From Lingula anatina (taxonomy: Eukaryota > Animalia > Brachiopoda): a stretch of 64,000 bases of DNA. This document shows, piece by piece, positions 1 to 25,015 of this stretch; position 1 is the stretch's first letter, and each line of letters opens with the position of its first letter. Position numbers and translations under genes: made by a program. The notes under the pieces were generated by a model. That model worked only from the letters and a program-made list of their open reading frames with translations. It was not told the origin of the DNA and searched no databases. The stretch is taken from positions 41,456,788 to 41,520,787 of the forward strand of contig CM120640.1 of assembly GCA_051362555.1 (NCBI GenBank), read 5' to 3'.

Positions 1-1910
1 AGTGGAAAACCGCTTTACTTTTTGGTTTCAAACTTACAAAACTGATGAAGATTCATAATTCGCAGATCAAGTTCGAAAATCAGCATGATCAAGCCATTTT
101 TAGGGGAGTTATGCTATTTTTTCACTTTTTTCAACATATATGCAACACTGATAACACTATATAAGAAAAACAGATAGGCCAATTGTCATTATACTTACAG
201 GAGTGGTCAATCTTACTAAAATGCAGGTTGAGTTGGAAAATCAGCATAATCTGGCCATTATTTTAGAAGTTATGCTGTTTTTTCACATTTCCTCAGATTC
301 AATTCTTAAGCATGTTAACAGTCTCATTATTTAACTAATAAGATACATAAAAGTGTTTGTTTGATATTTCCTGCATCTTTACAACATTGTTAGTTGATTA
401 TGTAAAAATGATGGTAAACTTGATGGCGTGTATTGTGTAATAAAGTGTCAAAAATGGAAATAAACTCATATCATATCATATTGCAGTTTGTTAGATTCAA
501 TCATCAACTATGTTCAGAATCTCAGAATGGAGGAAATTGGACATTTAACACTGTTCTATTGATATTTTTCCCATCTCGTCAATTTTCTTAGTTGGTCATA
601 TAAAAATGGAAGTATACTGTTTATTTTGTTTTGTTTAAAAAGTGTTAAAATGGAAATAAACCCATTTCAGAACAGTGCTGTCTTTTTTACAGTTTGGCAT
701 TTTTAAGATGTGACTTTGAAGTTCCATGAGCCTGCAGATCTTTGCTAGTCACATTTTCTGAATATCCATGATACTAATATTTTATGATTAAAAATTGATG
801 ATCATTATGCTGTTAAACATTATGTAATATTGCATCAAGATTCGAAGAAACCCATATTTTGGGCACTGCTCCCATGATGACCATTTAAAGAAAATCATGT
901 CACTTACTGTTATCAAACTTACAGGAAAGAAATGTGGGTCTAAAATACAGCTTCAGTAGGCAATGCAGTCTGTTTGGTAATTTTTTCTGGCAGTTAAACA
1001 GTTTTTTGTGAAAATTTAATTTTTCACTTATTGGCATTTTCAAGGTGTGACTTTGAAGTTCCATGATTCTGAAGACCTTTGCTTGTCATGTTTTCTGAAA
1101 ATCCATGTTACTAATATTCTATTAAGTAAAAATTGATGGTCATATATGCTGTTAAGCATTATGTAATGTTGCTTCAAAATAGAAGAAAACACAATTTTTG
1201 GTGCTGCTGCCATGATGACCATTATGGGAAAACCGTGTTACTTATGACTGTCAAACCTTAAAAAAAGAAACACTGTACTAAAATGCAGCCTGAGTTGGAA
1301 AAGCAGTCTAATTGGCTTCTTTTTCGGGAAGTTATACATTTGAGTGAAATATTCATTAACTTTTTGGCATATTCATTGTGGGACTCGGAGCTCCCATGGA
1401 CATGAAGCCGAATGGTAATCAAATTTTCTACATGTCCATGCTATTTGTAATCAATAATCAAAAATTGGTTATAATTATTCTATAATTTATTATGCAATGT
1501 TACATCAAAATTGACAATAATCTTTTTGCACTGCTACTGCAAACATTATGAAAAGAAAACTGTGTTACTTATTATTATTTTTAACTTATGAGAATGATTT
1601 TTAGGATTGGCATGCAGTTAAAATTAGAAAGCTAGGTCAATTGGGTTATCGTTTATTATTGAATTTATGCAATTTTGTGTGAAATTTTCATTTTTTTATT
1701 CTGGCACTTTCTAAGTATAAACTTGAACTCTGATGGGCCTGAAGCCTTATGCTTTTACTTTGGTCGGTGTTACCTGCTGTGCATAATTAAAATATGATGT
1801 TGACTTTGCAGTTAAACATAATTTATCATTTCATCAGAATTGGTAGTCTCCTATTTTGTGCATTATTGTTTTGTGCTTTTCTTAAGATGTGACTTACGGG
1901 CCTGAAGGGT
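1..1910. repeat. Degenerate ~335-bp tandem repeat array (possibly built from ~165-bp subunits) in a vasa intron
   Basis: Motif TGGCA..T.AAG.TGTGACTTTGAAGTTCCATG..CTGAAG recurs near 694, 1031, 1364 and 1700 (period ~335 bp). AAACTTAC...GAGTTGGAAAATCAGC..GAGTTATGC-like units recur in 30-280, ~915 and ~1255. Confidence 0.65.
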
Positions 1911-2125
1911 CTTTGAGAGGGTCAGTCTGTAAATTTCCCTTGGGTATCACTTAGCTAAGCTCTGAGTTATAAAGTAATTTGCCTAATTGATTATTAATAG
2001 GCCATTAAATGAGATTACATAAAGCACACTTGTTGATATCTCCCTGTAAACTCCCAAAGGTTAAGCTCTCTGCTAGATTAATAATAAGGAAGCAGTGATA
2101 ATTATGGAGGTAAATTATGCAGGTA

Positions 2126-2127
<2 letters not shown>

Positions 2128-2168
<41 letters not shown>
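2128..2168. repeat. (TA)n microsatellite
   Basis: Direct reading. Confidence 0.95.
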
Positions 2169-2170
<2 letters not shown>

Positions 2171-2865
2171 CAACAATTGCTGCCTGGGCAGAGGTCTGCA
2201 CTCTCGGAGTGCTTTTCTAGTTTTGTTTATTTTCCTTAATAACTTTTTTCTCAAACACTTGCATTTGTGATATTTAACCGCCTGAAGCTTTGCACATTTT
2301 CTGTATTTCCACATAAGCAGTTGTATGTTATTTATGTTTTCAAACATTATGTAATATTATTTTATGCACTGTCATCATTTTTCAAATATTGAGACTTTCA
2401 TCATGTGACTTTGGTCTCTCATGGTCCTGATACTGTAATCTTATTGAAGGGATGGATTGAGACCATCTTCTGGGTCAGCTTCCGGAAGACGTTCGGATTT
2501 TTAAGTTTATATTGACTGATATTTATTTTTTTTTTCTGTTGGAAGATCATCAAAATAGAGGATGGATCAACAAAGATACTTTGGAATACTGTCAGAAAAT
2601 ATCTCTGGGTCAGCTCCTGTTATTGACCATGTTACCTGTTGTGCATGATTAAAATTCAGTGTTGACTAACAGTGCTATTATAAGCATTATTTATTATTGC
2701 ATCAAAATTGGCAAAATGACCTATTTTGCATCATTATTTTCTGTTTTTTGTCTGTACATTTGACAGCTTTGCTGCCTTGTTTTTAACAATAATTAGAATT
2801 AAAATTCTAATTGGGCATGCATTTTGGATTGGAATGAAAAGATTTTTTTCTCATCCATGTTTCAG

Positions 2866-3226
2866 GCTCAACAGGAAGTCCCAGACTGGTTAGAGAACCA
2901 GGCCCAGAGTAGCTTTGGCAGTGGAGGTTTCTTTGGTGTGGGTGGCAAGTTTGGGGGAAAGGATGCAAGAAAGGGAGGAGCTAGGGTAAGGATTTATCTC
3001 TGCCTGGAGTAGAAAAAAAAATGCCCTTTAGCTCACAGAGCACACTTAGAGTTAAAAAATCCACGAAATTTGGTTAATTTATACCACAAAAAAAACCTTA
3101 AATGATTATTTTTTTCCATTTGCTCATCTTCAGAATGGCGGTGGTGATGACTTTGACGCAGGAGATATGGGTGGAGGTGGTGGATTCTCTGCCCCTGTTG
3201 AAGCAGATGAAGAAAGTTGGGATTAG
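2866..3226 (+). CDS. vasa: Vasa/DDX4 DEAD-box RNA helicase, last two coding exons (2866-2985, 3134-3226); rest of gene upstream of window
   Basis: AG/GT-bounded phase-0 exons translate to AQQEVPDWLENQAQSSFGSGGFFGVGGKFGGKDARKGGAR / NGGGDDFDAGDMGGGGGFSAPVEADEESWD*. The AQQEVPxWL motif and acidic EESWD C-terminus are characteristic of Vasa. Confidence 0.88.
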
Positions 3227-4574
3227 ACACAGCATAGCCCTGCAGAAAAAAACTTCATCAATAGACAATCATTTTTGTATTAACAATTTATAGTTTAGAT
3301 AGTTATCTTTCTGTTCCATGATATTTCTATATTGGAGCGTCTGCAAAGTGCTTATCCAAGGATTAGGATAATTACTCTTTTCCTTTTGGGAGATCTGTGT
3401 TGAACTTCTATCTTCCCTTTGAAGCCATGTACCAAACGAGAGATTGTGCAGCAGTTCATTTATGAACTGGGTTTCTTTATTCTTTTGTAATGTTTCTCTT
3501 TAAATCTATTGATGTTGGTTGTTGCTACTGCTGCAGTTGAGCTCTTCTTAAAGCATGTAGGATCTGTGCCATATTGTCTGGGAATTGCATTTTGTTAAGC
3601 TGACAGTGAGTTGCCTTTACCATGCAGGTAAAAACAAATTTTGAAGGGAATTTTATGAAAGCATTGGAAGTTTATGGCACACATTTGCCCATGTTTTGAA
3701 AAGGATATTGCTCAGTATGTAATTGGTGTGAAAGATGAAAGCATTTTTGTGTGGCATATCAAAGTTGACTTTTTACATAAATACATTCCAAATAAAATCT
3801 TGATAAAATAACCCTTTACCATGATTTGCTCTCCAAAATTTTCTTCAGCAAATTTCAGTCAGTTTGTTATCCAGGATGATTTTTTTCCTTGCATAATAGA
3901 ACTGAGAACTGTTGGAAATCTGGTCATAGTGCTCAATTTAAAAACCCAGAAAGCTTGCTCTCAGGTATATGTTGTTCAAAATGTTATTTGGTTGTACCAT
4001 GTTTATGGCCAAGTTTTTCTGTTGGTGAATGGTGCCAAAATTTTTTTCACCAGAAAATTTGTGCCATACCGATTAGCTGTAACTTTAGTAAACTTGAAAG
4101 TTCCTCCTAGACAAAATCATTGGAACTTTTTATCTTCCATCTCTTTAGATATTTTTGTATTCCATTTATATTTTATGTAACCAGTGTATATTCAAAGCCA
4201 TTGTAGATTTAGAGGAAACATTTTATGCCAAATATCAAGTGAATAGAGAAGCAGTTTAGTCAAGTGCTAGAATGATTACACAGCCCTTTCCTCAAGAGGT
4301 GATCAAATGAACTGGAAATTGAATGTTGAACACCAACACATGCTGTCAGTGTTTTCAGTGAAGCTGCATCTGTAATGCAACGAGACAGGATATGCTTGTG
4401 TATGTCATGATATACAGGGATGAGATTTTTTCGACTGATTGTGGATATTCAACTTTCTGGGAGCCAAAAATATCATTGACCTAGGTGGCCCTTTTGACTT
4501 AATGTCATGTTTTCCAACTTTTTTTCGCTAAATGGTAGTTTCATCCCTGGATATATTTGGCTAAAGGTGCACAG

Positions 4575-5390
4575 GACTGAAAACCCACTCCTAGACCCCC
4601 TTCCCAGAGATTAGATCGATCCAACTTGATCAACCTTACTCCCTGGGGGTTCACGCTAAACAGCTGTCAGCCGAGCGTGCACAAAAGTTAATTACCCCCT
4701 TACAGATTGTAGTAGGCGGGACGGACATTTAAGCCGTATTATCTGACAGTAATCTAGTGAGACTCCCCACGGGCCTAGATCGATCTAAAATCTATGGGAA
4801 TGCACCCCTAGTCATTTAAAACCCCAGTCACAGCAGCTTCATGTGAAGCTAGTTCTGTTTGACATCTGTGGGGGAAGAGGCTGTGTTCTTATAGCACTGG
4901 TAGAATTACATAGCAGCAGTAGTAGCAACTCCATTTTATTATTCCTTGTTGTATCCTTCAGTGTTCTAGATAGAGTTAGTAAACAATGAGCATCTTTTTG
5001 CTTTGTACTGAACATTCACTTGTTTCCTAAAGAAGACAAATTAAACTTTGATTGCAGAAAAAAGGACCCCCCTCACAGATGATGACAACAGAACTAGCTT
5101 TGCATGGTAGCACTAAGCAGTCACTTATGTTGTCTTTGAGACCATTTCCAGAGCCTATCATACTAACTGTGGATCGATCTATCTCCAAATTCTCGCTAAA
5201 TTGCAATCAAATAAAGCAGCTTAATGTCTGTCACGCCTACTAAATCAGCTAGGGGATAATTAATTATCATTTAGCAGCTTTAGTAGGTGTGCCAAACATC
5301 TAAGGTGCCTTAGCTGAAACAAATTTAGCGAGAAACCCCTTGGAGATGGACCAATCCTGTTAGATCAATCTAGGTATGGGAATCCAGTCT
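4575..5390. mobile_element. Possible decayed non-autonomous DNA transposon downstream of vasa
   Basis: Left GACTGAAAACCCACTCCTAGA resembles the reverse complement of right TCTAGGTATGGGAATCCAGTC. AGATCGATC-type motifs recur internally and CpG is locally higher than in the flanks. No TSD resolved. Confidence 0.35.
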
Positions 5391-7364
5391 TTGATGCTTT
5401 GCCTGTTTAAGGTTGCTTTGATGATCTAGTACTTACAAACTTGCTATTTTGAATTGTGTATGTGGGTTCTTTTTATCAGAAATAATGTAAAATGTGGTAA
5501 AATGTTGTTTTTACCTACCTACTCCACTATTTCATCTGCCAGATTTCAGAGGTGCTATTGTTAATTAACATTACTTTTGAGGAAGAGACCCTATATACAG
5601 AACTGAATATATAGCAAATGTCACTATAAAGCATAAGGTATGTGCAACCTTTTATTTGTAATTTACATACCACATGAGATTAAGTAGATTTGTTTTATAT
5701 GAGATGTGACATGCTAGAGGTCTGATTCAATAAAGGATGTCCAGTTTTGAAGCAAGTTGTGATACTTTCCCCGGTGAAATATAGGTTTTAGTGGTGTGTG
5801 GACCAAGCTGGGACTTTGTCGTCTAGGAAACATTGCTGTCGGGGAAGACCCATGCAACATTGTCTTTATACCCCTGGGCTCAAGCAAAATCAGTTATATT
5901 CTTGGATCTGTAGAAAACAGTTTTATCTAGTCCAATGCTACAGAAACATTCATTTTCAGTGGTAATTTTTTTACACTGTTTATTGATACCATTAGAAAAC
6001 AAAGTGTAGAGGTCTTGAGCTAAAAAGTGAATCTCATTTGAAAGTGTTACAAGCTCTGAGAAACTGGATGGATCAACTGGAAATAGTTAAGGTGTTAATA
6101 AAGTTAACTTCAGCATTATGAAAAGTTTTGACTTGTTATTTGACCACTAATCAGTTTTCTTGTTGAATTTGAACCCTGTGAAACTTGAGCCTCTGATGAC
6201 CAGTTCAACTACCCTCGCATCCTCGAAGCATGGCACTGCCATCACTGTTTACTTCGTGAAAGAAACCAAATATATTGCTATATCTTTAACATTAAAATCT
6301 GTCATTCATTTAAATTAAAGACATTTATTGTCCAAGAGTTAAGTTCATAAGTATCAATTTACCCATCATTGGATGGTGGAAGGAGTCATTTGGTACAAAA
6401 ACCATGAAAAATTGCAATAATTGCCTTTGAAGGTAAATTTTAATGTGGTGGTGTAAAGTTTTAGAAGAAACTCTTGGCAAGTTGGCATGAAGCTTCTATA
6501 TTTTAAAACATTGAAATGCAAAATACCAGTGATTACTACGTTTTATTAGTTTGCCTCGATATATTTACACATTGAAGCAAATCCATACCTTTGCATATGC
6601 AAACCAGTGTATATGCTGCACAAAGGTGCCAGTTGTAATTTGAAATCTTGATTATGCAGCATCAAAGATAATTGCACAAAGTTCCTTTCCTATTATTATG
6701 CAACAGAATAAATGCCAATGATTATGTTTCAAAGGAAAGGACATTGAGCAATGCAGAAAACCACTAGAAAAATACAGGCAAGTTCATGAACAACTGAAGT
6801 CATAATTTTACGAAACAAATTGTAGAGATACCTATTGAGCACATATAGCATTAGCAAAATATGAAATATATATACTTATATATACACAAGCTACTTTTAT
6901 CACAGAAAACTGAATTATCAAATGATACAAGTAGATAAAAGCTAGCAAAATAGAAACTGTTGAGCAAAATATTACTTACTCCAACACTATATGACTGTGT
7001 TATTCTTCATGCAGATTGTCATGCTCACATCGGTGGTTTTAAAGAGATTCAATTATTCCACAATTCACATAATAATATTGTAAAAAAAATATTGTGGAAT
7101 GCATTGGTTACTTTCAGCAGCATAGAACTGAGTTCCTTTTTATATCCCTTTGAAATAAAAAATGTCACCAAAATCTCTTCTCAGGTAATTCTTTTTGCCT
7201 GTTTTGACCACCTATTTAGTAGTGCATGCACTTGTATTTGTACATATTGAGCAGAAGGCAGCTTTGATTTCTCAATCCACGCCATTCTATGTCAACCCCC
7301 AAAAATGGCTATCTGCCGCCATCAGTTCATTTAACAGTATTTGGACTGTGAACAGTCCCACAGC

Positions 7365-10300
7365 TTATGCAACAGTTACTGCCTTCTTTTTTGAAAACTG
7401 CATGTGCATATCTGTTTTGGTCATGTAATCGTCTGGCTTCTCTGGCGGTATGATAAATACTCTCTCCTTTAAAGGGACATCTTTGGCTCTTAACCTCTCC
7501 CTGTAAGGTAAGTGTGAAAAGCCCATTAAGAAAAGTGCTCTGGTTAGAGATTACAGTAAATAACATAAGCAGCATGACTACAGATTCTTTACTACAAATG
7601 TAGGCACCACCTTTTTCAAGCAATTTGCTGATATGAAATGCATAACAACTCACTTTTTGAGTTTGAAAATAAAATAAATCACACTGATCTATTCACAGAG
7701 TAAACAATATAACATGAATGCTTACTTTAAGAACTGTTCCCTCTTCAATGATATTTTTCCTGACTTTGATTTAAATACACTCTCATGTCCATTTACATGC
7801 TGTGCCTCTTCCCATTTTTGGACATCATAACGACCTGCACCAACAGGATTCTACATTGGAGAAAACATAATCATATAAACATATTATACATATTTAAGTG
7901 TTATTTATTTATGTTTATGGTCATATCCAAGTTCCATTACAGTGCTCTTTAACAGAAACAAAATGAAAGGAACATTTTATTGCATATTAAAACAAAGTTC
8001 ACTACATTTTATAGCTACTGAAATCGTACAATATCAAAAATATCAGACAAAAGTAAAACTCACAAAGTTTCGTGTGAAAAATTTCTGTGCCATTCTGTCA
8101 TCTCTCCTAGCAGATGACAAGAAGCCAGGGGAATTGTGAGCCTGAGGCTTGGAAATTTCTTTAGCATTATAAGCTCCTGGTCCAGGGGCACCCTACAATG
8201 TAAACATCACGTGAAAAAAAAATTACATGTAGCACAAGGTGATGTTGTGGGTCATTTATGAATTAATTTTTAGACATTTTTTCTTTTTAGTACAAAGATT
8301 CAAATAGTTGGGATGTATCACAGCAATAACACACAATCTAACAGACTTCAGTACTATGCTAAAATCTTTATTTAACCTGGATCATCACCAGATGATCAAT
8401 ACTTGAGTACATATTCAAATATCTCTTACTATGAGTATGTTTTCCTAATTACAAAAGACTGAAAATTTACCATTTCTTTTGGACATTGTGACAGGGTGGA
8501 AACTAGTATTCTCTCTGATGGTTTGTCTGGGTGCTGCTGCACTTTGCCCATCTTTCCATGTTTCTTCTTATGTATAGTTCCCCAGTCATCCACGAATGAT
8601 TTCAAATCATACTGACCAGGGCCAAGTGTATGCCACGTCTGGATAGAAAAGAACATATGACACAGATGATTATAATTATGAACATTTTCAAAATGCTCTG
8701 TATCTATATAATATATACATTTATCAGTATTATTATGAAATTGTTTTAAATGACTGTGATGCAAAGTGAGCAATGACTTACTGGTACTGCCAAGTGACCA
8801 GTGGTGATTGGCTTATTTCTTTGTCCAGAGAAAAGATCATATGGTCCACGAAGACTGGTCACTTTCCTTTCAAGCTGTTTTGTGAAGCTTTCAAAATTAT
8901 AACTACCTGGTCCTAAATCTGAGCCCTGTGGGTGAAAGATATGTAAAATGAGTAAAGTAAAAATAATATCCAAAATAAAAAAACAAAAATACCTCTAGGT
9001 ACAAAGGTGCAGCGTAAGGGGTTCAAAAATGATTTACATTACGCAGTCAAGTAATCATCATTTAACAATTATCTTAATATAAAACAATATAAAATACTGA
9101 CCACTAAGGGCAATGATCTTGGCATAGAGGACACAGCATCCAGCATTCCTACTGTACTTGTGGATGCCATTTCCTTCTGTTCTAAGGCTGCATGTGGAAC
9201 TCCCCCAATACCATATGTGCCAGGACCAGGGGTAGCATTCTATACATATATAAAATGATGTATCATATGCAAGATCAATCATATGTTGTTTTTTTTAATC
9301 AAGCAATAACCAGTTCAAGATATCACAAAACTCAATTTATTAATTCAATGAAAGTAATCATAAGTTGCAAATATGATATGAAATATGATTTGTAAACAGA
9401 TAATTTTTTCAAGACATTATTGAACCATATCATCTGCAAATCAAAGATGGTTTTTAATCAGCATTTAACAGCACCTTTGTGCATACAAACATTTTATGTA
9501 TACTTACAGTGACAGTATTTCTAAATCTTGGTTCTTTCGTTGCACAAATGCCATAAATACTTCTTGGTCTTTCATCTGATGTTTCCAAAAAGTCTTTGAT
9601 ATTGTATGTTCCTGGGGCAAGTTTTCTTTTCTGTAAGAACAGGTTTAAAGAAAATTAAAATTAGACAAAATCACAGCAACACCACCAATCATGCATTCTC
9701 CTAATTTATATGAGATTTTCCTGCCAAAATGTATTTTTCCTCAAAAAAAAAAAATAAAAAAATAAATAAATAATATAAATAAATATATTTGCTCCTACTC
9801 ACTTTCGATAATTGTACATAAGCACTGTACGAACATAATTTTGCCACTTGAGAAGACAAACAGAAAAAAAGAACAACTCACCAAAAGTCTTTTTAGTTCC
9901 CACTGTTCTTTATGCAGTAGATGTGGCATTGCAGCCATTCTTTGTACTTCATACTGCCTTGCCCAGCCAGGACCAGATGCTCTCTCCTCCACAGACTTGG
10001 GTGAGAAACCACCAACTTCAACAGCATATTTCCCAGGCCCTCTTGTCCTGTTCTAAAATATACAAAAACAAGGTATTAATAAACTATTTGTATTAAAAAT
10101 AGTAAAATAATGTGCATTAAACATGTTTTTAACATATAGAAATATAGATATATTCAAGCTTTTTACATATAATTTTGGCATCAATTGGAAAGCAATAACT
10201 AGTGTCAAATTGCTTTTGGTAAACTTTAAATGTAAAAAAAGAATAGCATTGTCCTAAATCATGAAACATAAGGGACATAAAAATTCCCTTACCAATGATT

Positions 10301-10534
10301 CCATGGACACTCTGCAGTATGGTGTCTGAGTGAAAGTACCAGGCATCTTATTCTTAGGATGGACAGCAGACACATCAAACCTAGAATGCAATATGAAATG
10401 AATTAAACATATCATGTACACAGATATTTTTTGATGGATTTATAATTAATTTTGTGGTGCAGGCTGTTTACCCGTGAGATATTATGTTTTTAAACTATAA
10501 TGAACATCTTATTAAATGGCTTTATTTAATTTAT

Positions 10535-10576
<42 letters not shown>

Positions 10577-10867
10577 TGTGTGTGTTTGTTCGTCTGTCTG
10601 TCTGCCTGACCGTCTGCGTGTGCGTGTAATTACCGGTAATTAAAGACAAATTCACAATAACCATCAGAGTAATGTCTGTCAAGGCTTCCAGTGCAGAGCG
10701 TTCAACAATCCTCGTATCATTGGTCAAGGACAAAATCGCCTATACATCATATTTCAATGCAAGACATTTCTATCTTACTGCTTACTGCTACTGTATATCT
10801 CCTACAGAAATCAGTACCTTGCTGTTTGTGTCCCGAAGGGAGCTCCTTTGTATTTCTTCTCTGCCAT
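7365..10867 (-). CDS. CIMAP2: LEXM/CIMAP2 (C1orf177)-like ciliary microtubule-associated protein with PGPGxY (SHIPPO-type) repeats, ~423 aa, 10 coding exons
   Basis: Exons 10867-10818, 10380-10293, 10052-9882, 9630-9508, 9239-9102, 8925-8782, 8638-8471, 8192-8064, 7850-7726, 7500-7365 join in frame with GT-AG introns. N-terminus MAEKKYKGAPFGTQTARFDVSAVHP matches the LEXM GAPFG..RFDVSAV motif. Repeats include GPGKY, APGTY, PGPGTY, GPGSY, GPGQY, PGPGAY. Confidence 0.85.
10535..10584. repeat. (CT)n(GT)n compound microsatellite
   Basis: Direct reading, in an intron of the CIMAP2-like gene. Confidence 0.95.
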
Positions 10868-11444
10868 TCTACTTGTTTAATGTGGTTCCTGCAACGATGG
10901 ACTAAATAAAGACCGTCTCTTTAGGCCCCCAATCGCCCTGACTGATACATCTGTCAGTGGCAAAAATCTCGTAAAGTATCGATTACCATGTGTCTATGTT
11001 CAGCTTGGCCGCTCGATGTCCGTCACATGGCAACGAGGAAGCCTTTACTCTCTAAACCTTGTAAATGTTTTATTAAATATAACACCGCTTGTTAGAATTT
11101 TGTGATCAATATATAGAAACAGAGTAATAATATTTATTTTTTATATTTCTAACATACCATCACTGATAGTTTGTGAAAATTTAAAGAGAGTATACAGTAG
11201 AAGTTCTACAATGTGATGATTTGTAGCTACTACGGCATGTCTCAGAATTATTACTAAAATATGGAACGGCACCGAACTCAGGTAGCAACAATGTTTGTAA
11301 ACGTGATATAATACGGAAGAGTCTCATTTTTATATGTTTTGGCTTGATTATAATTACAAATATTTACAATTTAGATTTTAGTGACATAACGTCCATTCCG
11401 GGTGACGGTAATAATAATCTACAGTATCCTACATACCCGAACTA
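10868..11444. promoter_or_regulatory. Divergent (bidirectional) promoter region of CIMAP2-like and DPYD, containing an RFX X-box-like site GTCACATGGCAAC at 11022-11034
   Basis: The two ATGs are 577 bp apart head-to-head, CpG is locally enriched, and the X-box half-site ATGGCAAC lies upstream of a ciliary gene. Confidence 0.6.
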
Positions 11445-22034
<10,590 letters not shown>

Positions 22035-23436
22035 ATGGGAGATAACTCTGGCTTAAGGTTACATTATCACTGCTAAGACTGCACCATTTATATTATGGCT
22101 ATGCAAAGTTTAAAGACAGTAAATGTATGAAAAAAAGTTGAAGAATTGTCTGTCACCATATGCTCTTAGGTCTACCTCGTCCTATAGTCAGTACTATCAC
22201 TTGCTGTTTGTTGAAGAACATATTTTGGAATAGGGAAGTTTGCATTAGGGGACCAGTCTTCTATAACATGCACATGACACACAAAGATCATTGAAGAATA
22301 TTCTTATGTATATTATGCCAATTTATATGGAATTGATATATTTCTTTTCATAGTTTAGTGAGTTTTTTTTTTCTTAGATTGCAAGTTTATTGAATGCTCA
22401 GGCAAGGCTTGTAGGACACTGAGACACTGGGTTCTAAAAAGAAGTGCCATATGATTAATTTTAATGCTTAACAGGTGCTAAAATGGGATAAGTTTATTAA
22501 ACGCCAAAGTATATAGTGGTGCAGCACTACTGAATACATTTGTATTTTAGAGTATTTATTGGATTTATTCATATACAGAACTTTTATTTTACATATGATC
22601 AATAAGTACTTATAGGCTGATCTAGAATATATTTTAATTTTTGCATTATTGTTATTATGATAATCATATATACATTTGGTATTAATCATTATATGTATTT
22701 GTTCTGAAATGATTACTTCACATATCAAACACTGGTTTTCCTAAATTCTATAAAAATTTTGCACATGTATGCACTTGATATCCAGACATTTTATTTTTTA
22801 CAATTAATCAAATTATGATGCTTATTATTATGAAAATTACTGTTTAGTTATAGTATGATTTTATTTTAGAAGGAAAGGGGGCTAAGGTCAAATATGGATA
22901 AAGTAAAAACCCACCCTATCCCCACCTTTCCACATAGTTGTTTTAATATTGGATAGCAGCAAGCCTTGTGTGACCGATTTTTACAATAATCACTGCCTCG
23001 CCTCAGGACTGTAGAGAATCAAAATAGAGTGATAATGTATGTGATTGCAGATTCATTACCATTAGGTCATATATTTCTTACATATCACAGCAATAAAATG
23101 TAGACACATAATAAAACTGAAATAAAAAAAGGCGATCTGTTCCTTATGTAACTGTGTTTTTATGTATATGGTATTGGAGTTTGCCATCAACAAGGAAATG
23201 AGAGACTGTAATTCTTCTGTATTTAATACAGTTCATTTTATTTTTTATGGCATCCATGCTGCACATTTCGATTGCATTGAGGATAATTTGTGTTTGTGAT
23301 AATTTTTTGATTAGAAATATATATCAGTCTAAGACGAAGAAATTTATAGTTTATTTTTTAATTTTGTACATAAAATAGCGTTTGTATTAGTACATTTTTA
23401 TCCATGATTGCTCTCAGACAAAAAGTTTTATTACCT

Positions 23437-23910
23437 GAATAGCACTCGGGGAGCACAACCTCTGCCAAGACAAATAAGTAATTACTTATTTATTTATTTA
23501 TAAATCAATTAAATAATTAGTTCATGGATCATCAGCAAAATCTAATCATCTCTTTCTTAATCCATTTCTGTCTTTCCTGAAAATTTCATAAAATTGGTCC
23601 ATTTCTGACCTATCCTGAAAATTTTTGCATTAAATAATTAATTTGATAAATAAATGGATCATAACCGAAATCTAATCATTACTTACCCGACCCATTTCTG
23701 ACCTAATTGAAAATTTCATTAAAATCTTTAAATAATAAATTACTTAATTTAATCAGTGGATCTTCATCAAAATCAAATCTTAGGGCAATTTGTGACCTAT
23801 CCTGAAAATTTCACTAAAATCCACTTATTTCTTTTTTGCGTAATGCTCTCCACAGACAAACCCACTAACGGTGACAAAAACATTACCTCTTCCATTGTCC
23901 GAGGTAATAA
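23437..23910 (+). mobile_element. Non-autonomous Helitron/Helentron-like interspersed element with internal tandem units
   Basis: 5' AGCACTCGGGGAGCACAACCTCTGCCAAG; internal repeats GGATC..C..AAATCTAATC...CCATTTCTGACCTATCCTGAAAATTTCA (3-4 copies); 3' hairpin ATTACCTC...GAGGTAAT. Family assignment is from recalled structural resemblance. Confidence 0.6.
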
Positions 23911-25015
23911 GTTGGTTTAGATATATCCCGATTTTCAAAAATAACGTAAATTACGCCAAATGGAAGAATACAGAGGTTAAGAAGATGGTCTACCATTGCA
24001 GCCTTTTGTGTACAGGTTGGGCAAATAGTAGATAAGGCGACACACATTTGCAGTATGGACTATACATGTAAGGCAATATAAGTAAACGCCCCACAAAATA
24101 GATACAAGGATGATATCATTGCATTACTTATCTATTTCACCGACTTCTTCAGACTACTCGGGGCAACATGAGTGGGTAACGTGACTGAGGCAAGTGCCGA
24201 CGGACCAACAGTCGATGGAGGATAAGCATTGTGCTCGCATTGTCAGGCGGGTTTAATAATTATTACAAAATCAACAGATGAGTCCTTTATCTGCTGGTCA
24301 TGGGATTTCTAAATGGGTCATCGACTAAAATCATTATTAGAGGCTGTTTCGAAGGGGCCGTAACTGGAGCTAATTTCATAAACATTCCCCCTTTTTTTAT
24401 ACATTTGCTGCAATTTGGATTCATGAAGAAGCAGGTAAAGTTTTTTAATTGTTTTATATAGATTGCACTTTTGATGATGAGAGTATTAGATGGTTATTAT
24501 TAGGTGAAATGATAGTATTGGAGCAAATGGAAGATTCCCAAATGGGATAGAAAAAAAAAACATTGTAGTGTTTTGAACATCATATCTGTCGTGAGCCTGT
24601 TCTTTTTTTCTATAATCTTGCAAAATAATGTTCCTATAAGCTAATTTCATCACCAGAAGGCGTTCCACTGATGCTTTCAAACCTGTTGTAAATACTTAAC
24701 ATCCAAAATACCTCAGTGGAGTCTGGATTTGTAGACCATCCACCATTGCAGGGTGGAGAAAGGGGCGATATAGTATTAATCGTAGTATTACCAATCGGTT
24801 TAGTACAATAACCGAAATAATGCATTTTTGTACCCTCTACCAGGGCCATTGATTTCATTGATTTTTCACTAGATATTATCTGATATGTCTCTGGTTAATT
24901 TGACTGTAATTCTCTGCACTGTGAAAAAAAGGCCACATAATATAATATGTGACCCTGGTCGAGGGTAACATTTTTGAGCCAGAAAATCTTATATTTTGCG
25001 CATTGCTTTCTAGAG

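Noticed and set aside
7327-7653. 108-aa minus-strand ORF as the last CIMAP2-like exon
   Set aside because: Splice phase places the real exon (7500-7365) in another frame, ERLRAKDVPLKERVF...VTVA*.
23520-23830. Repeat-spacer-like pattern suggesting a CRISPR array
   Set aside because: Eukaryotic context, degenerate repeats, related spacers and no cas genes; better explained as the internal tandem units of a transposon.
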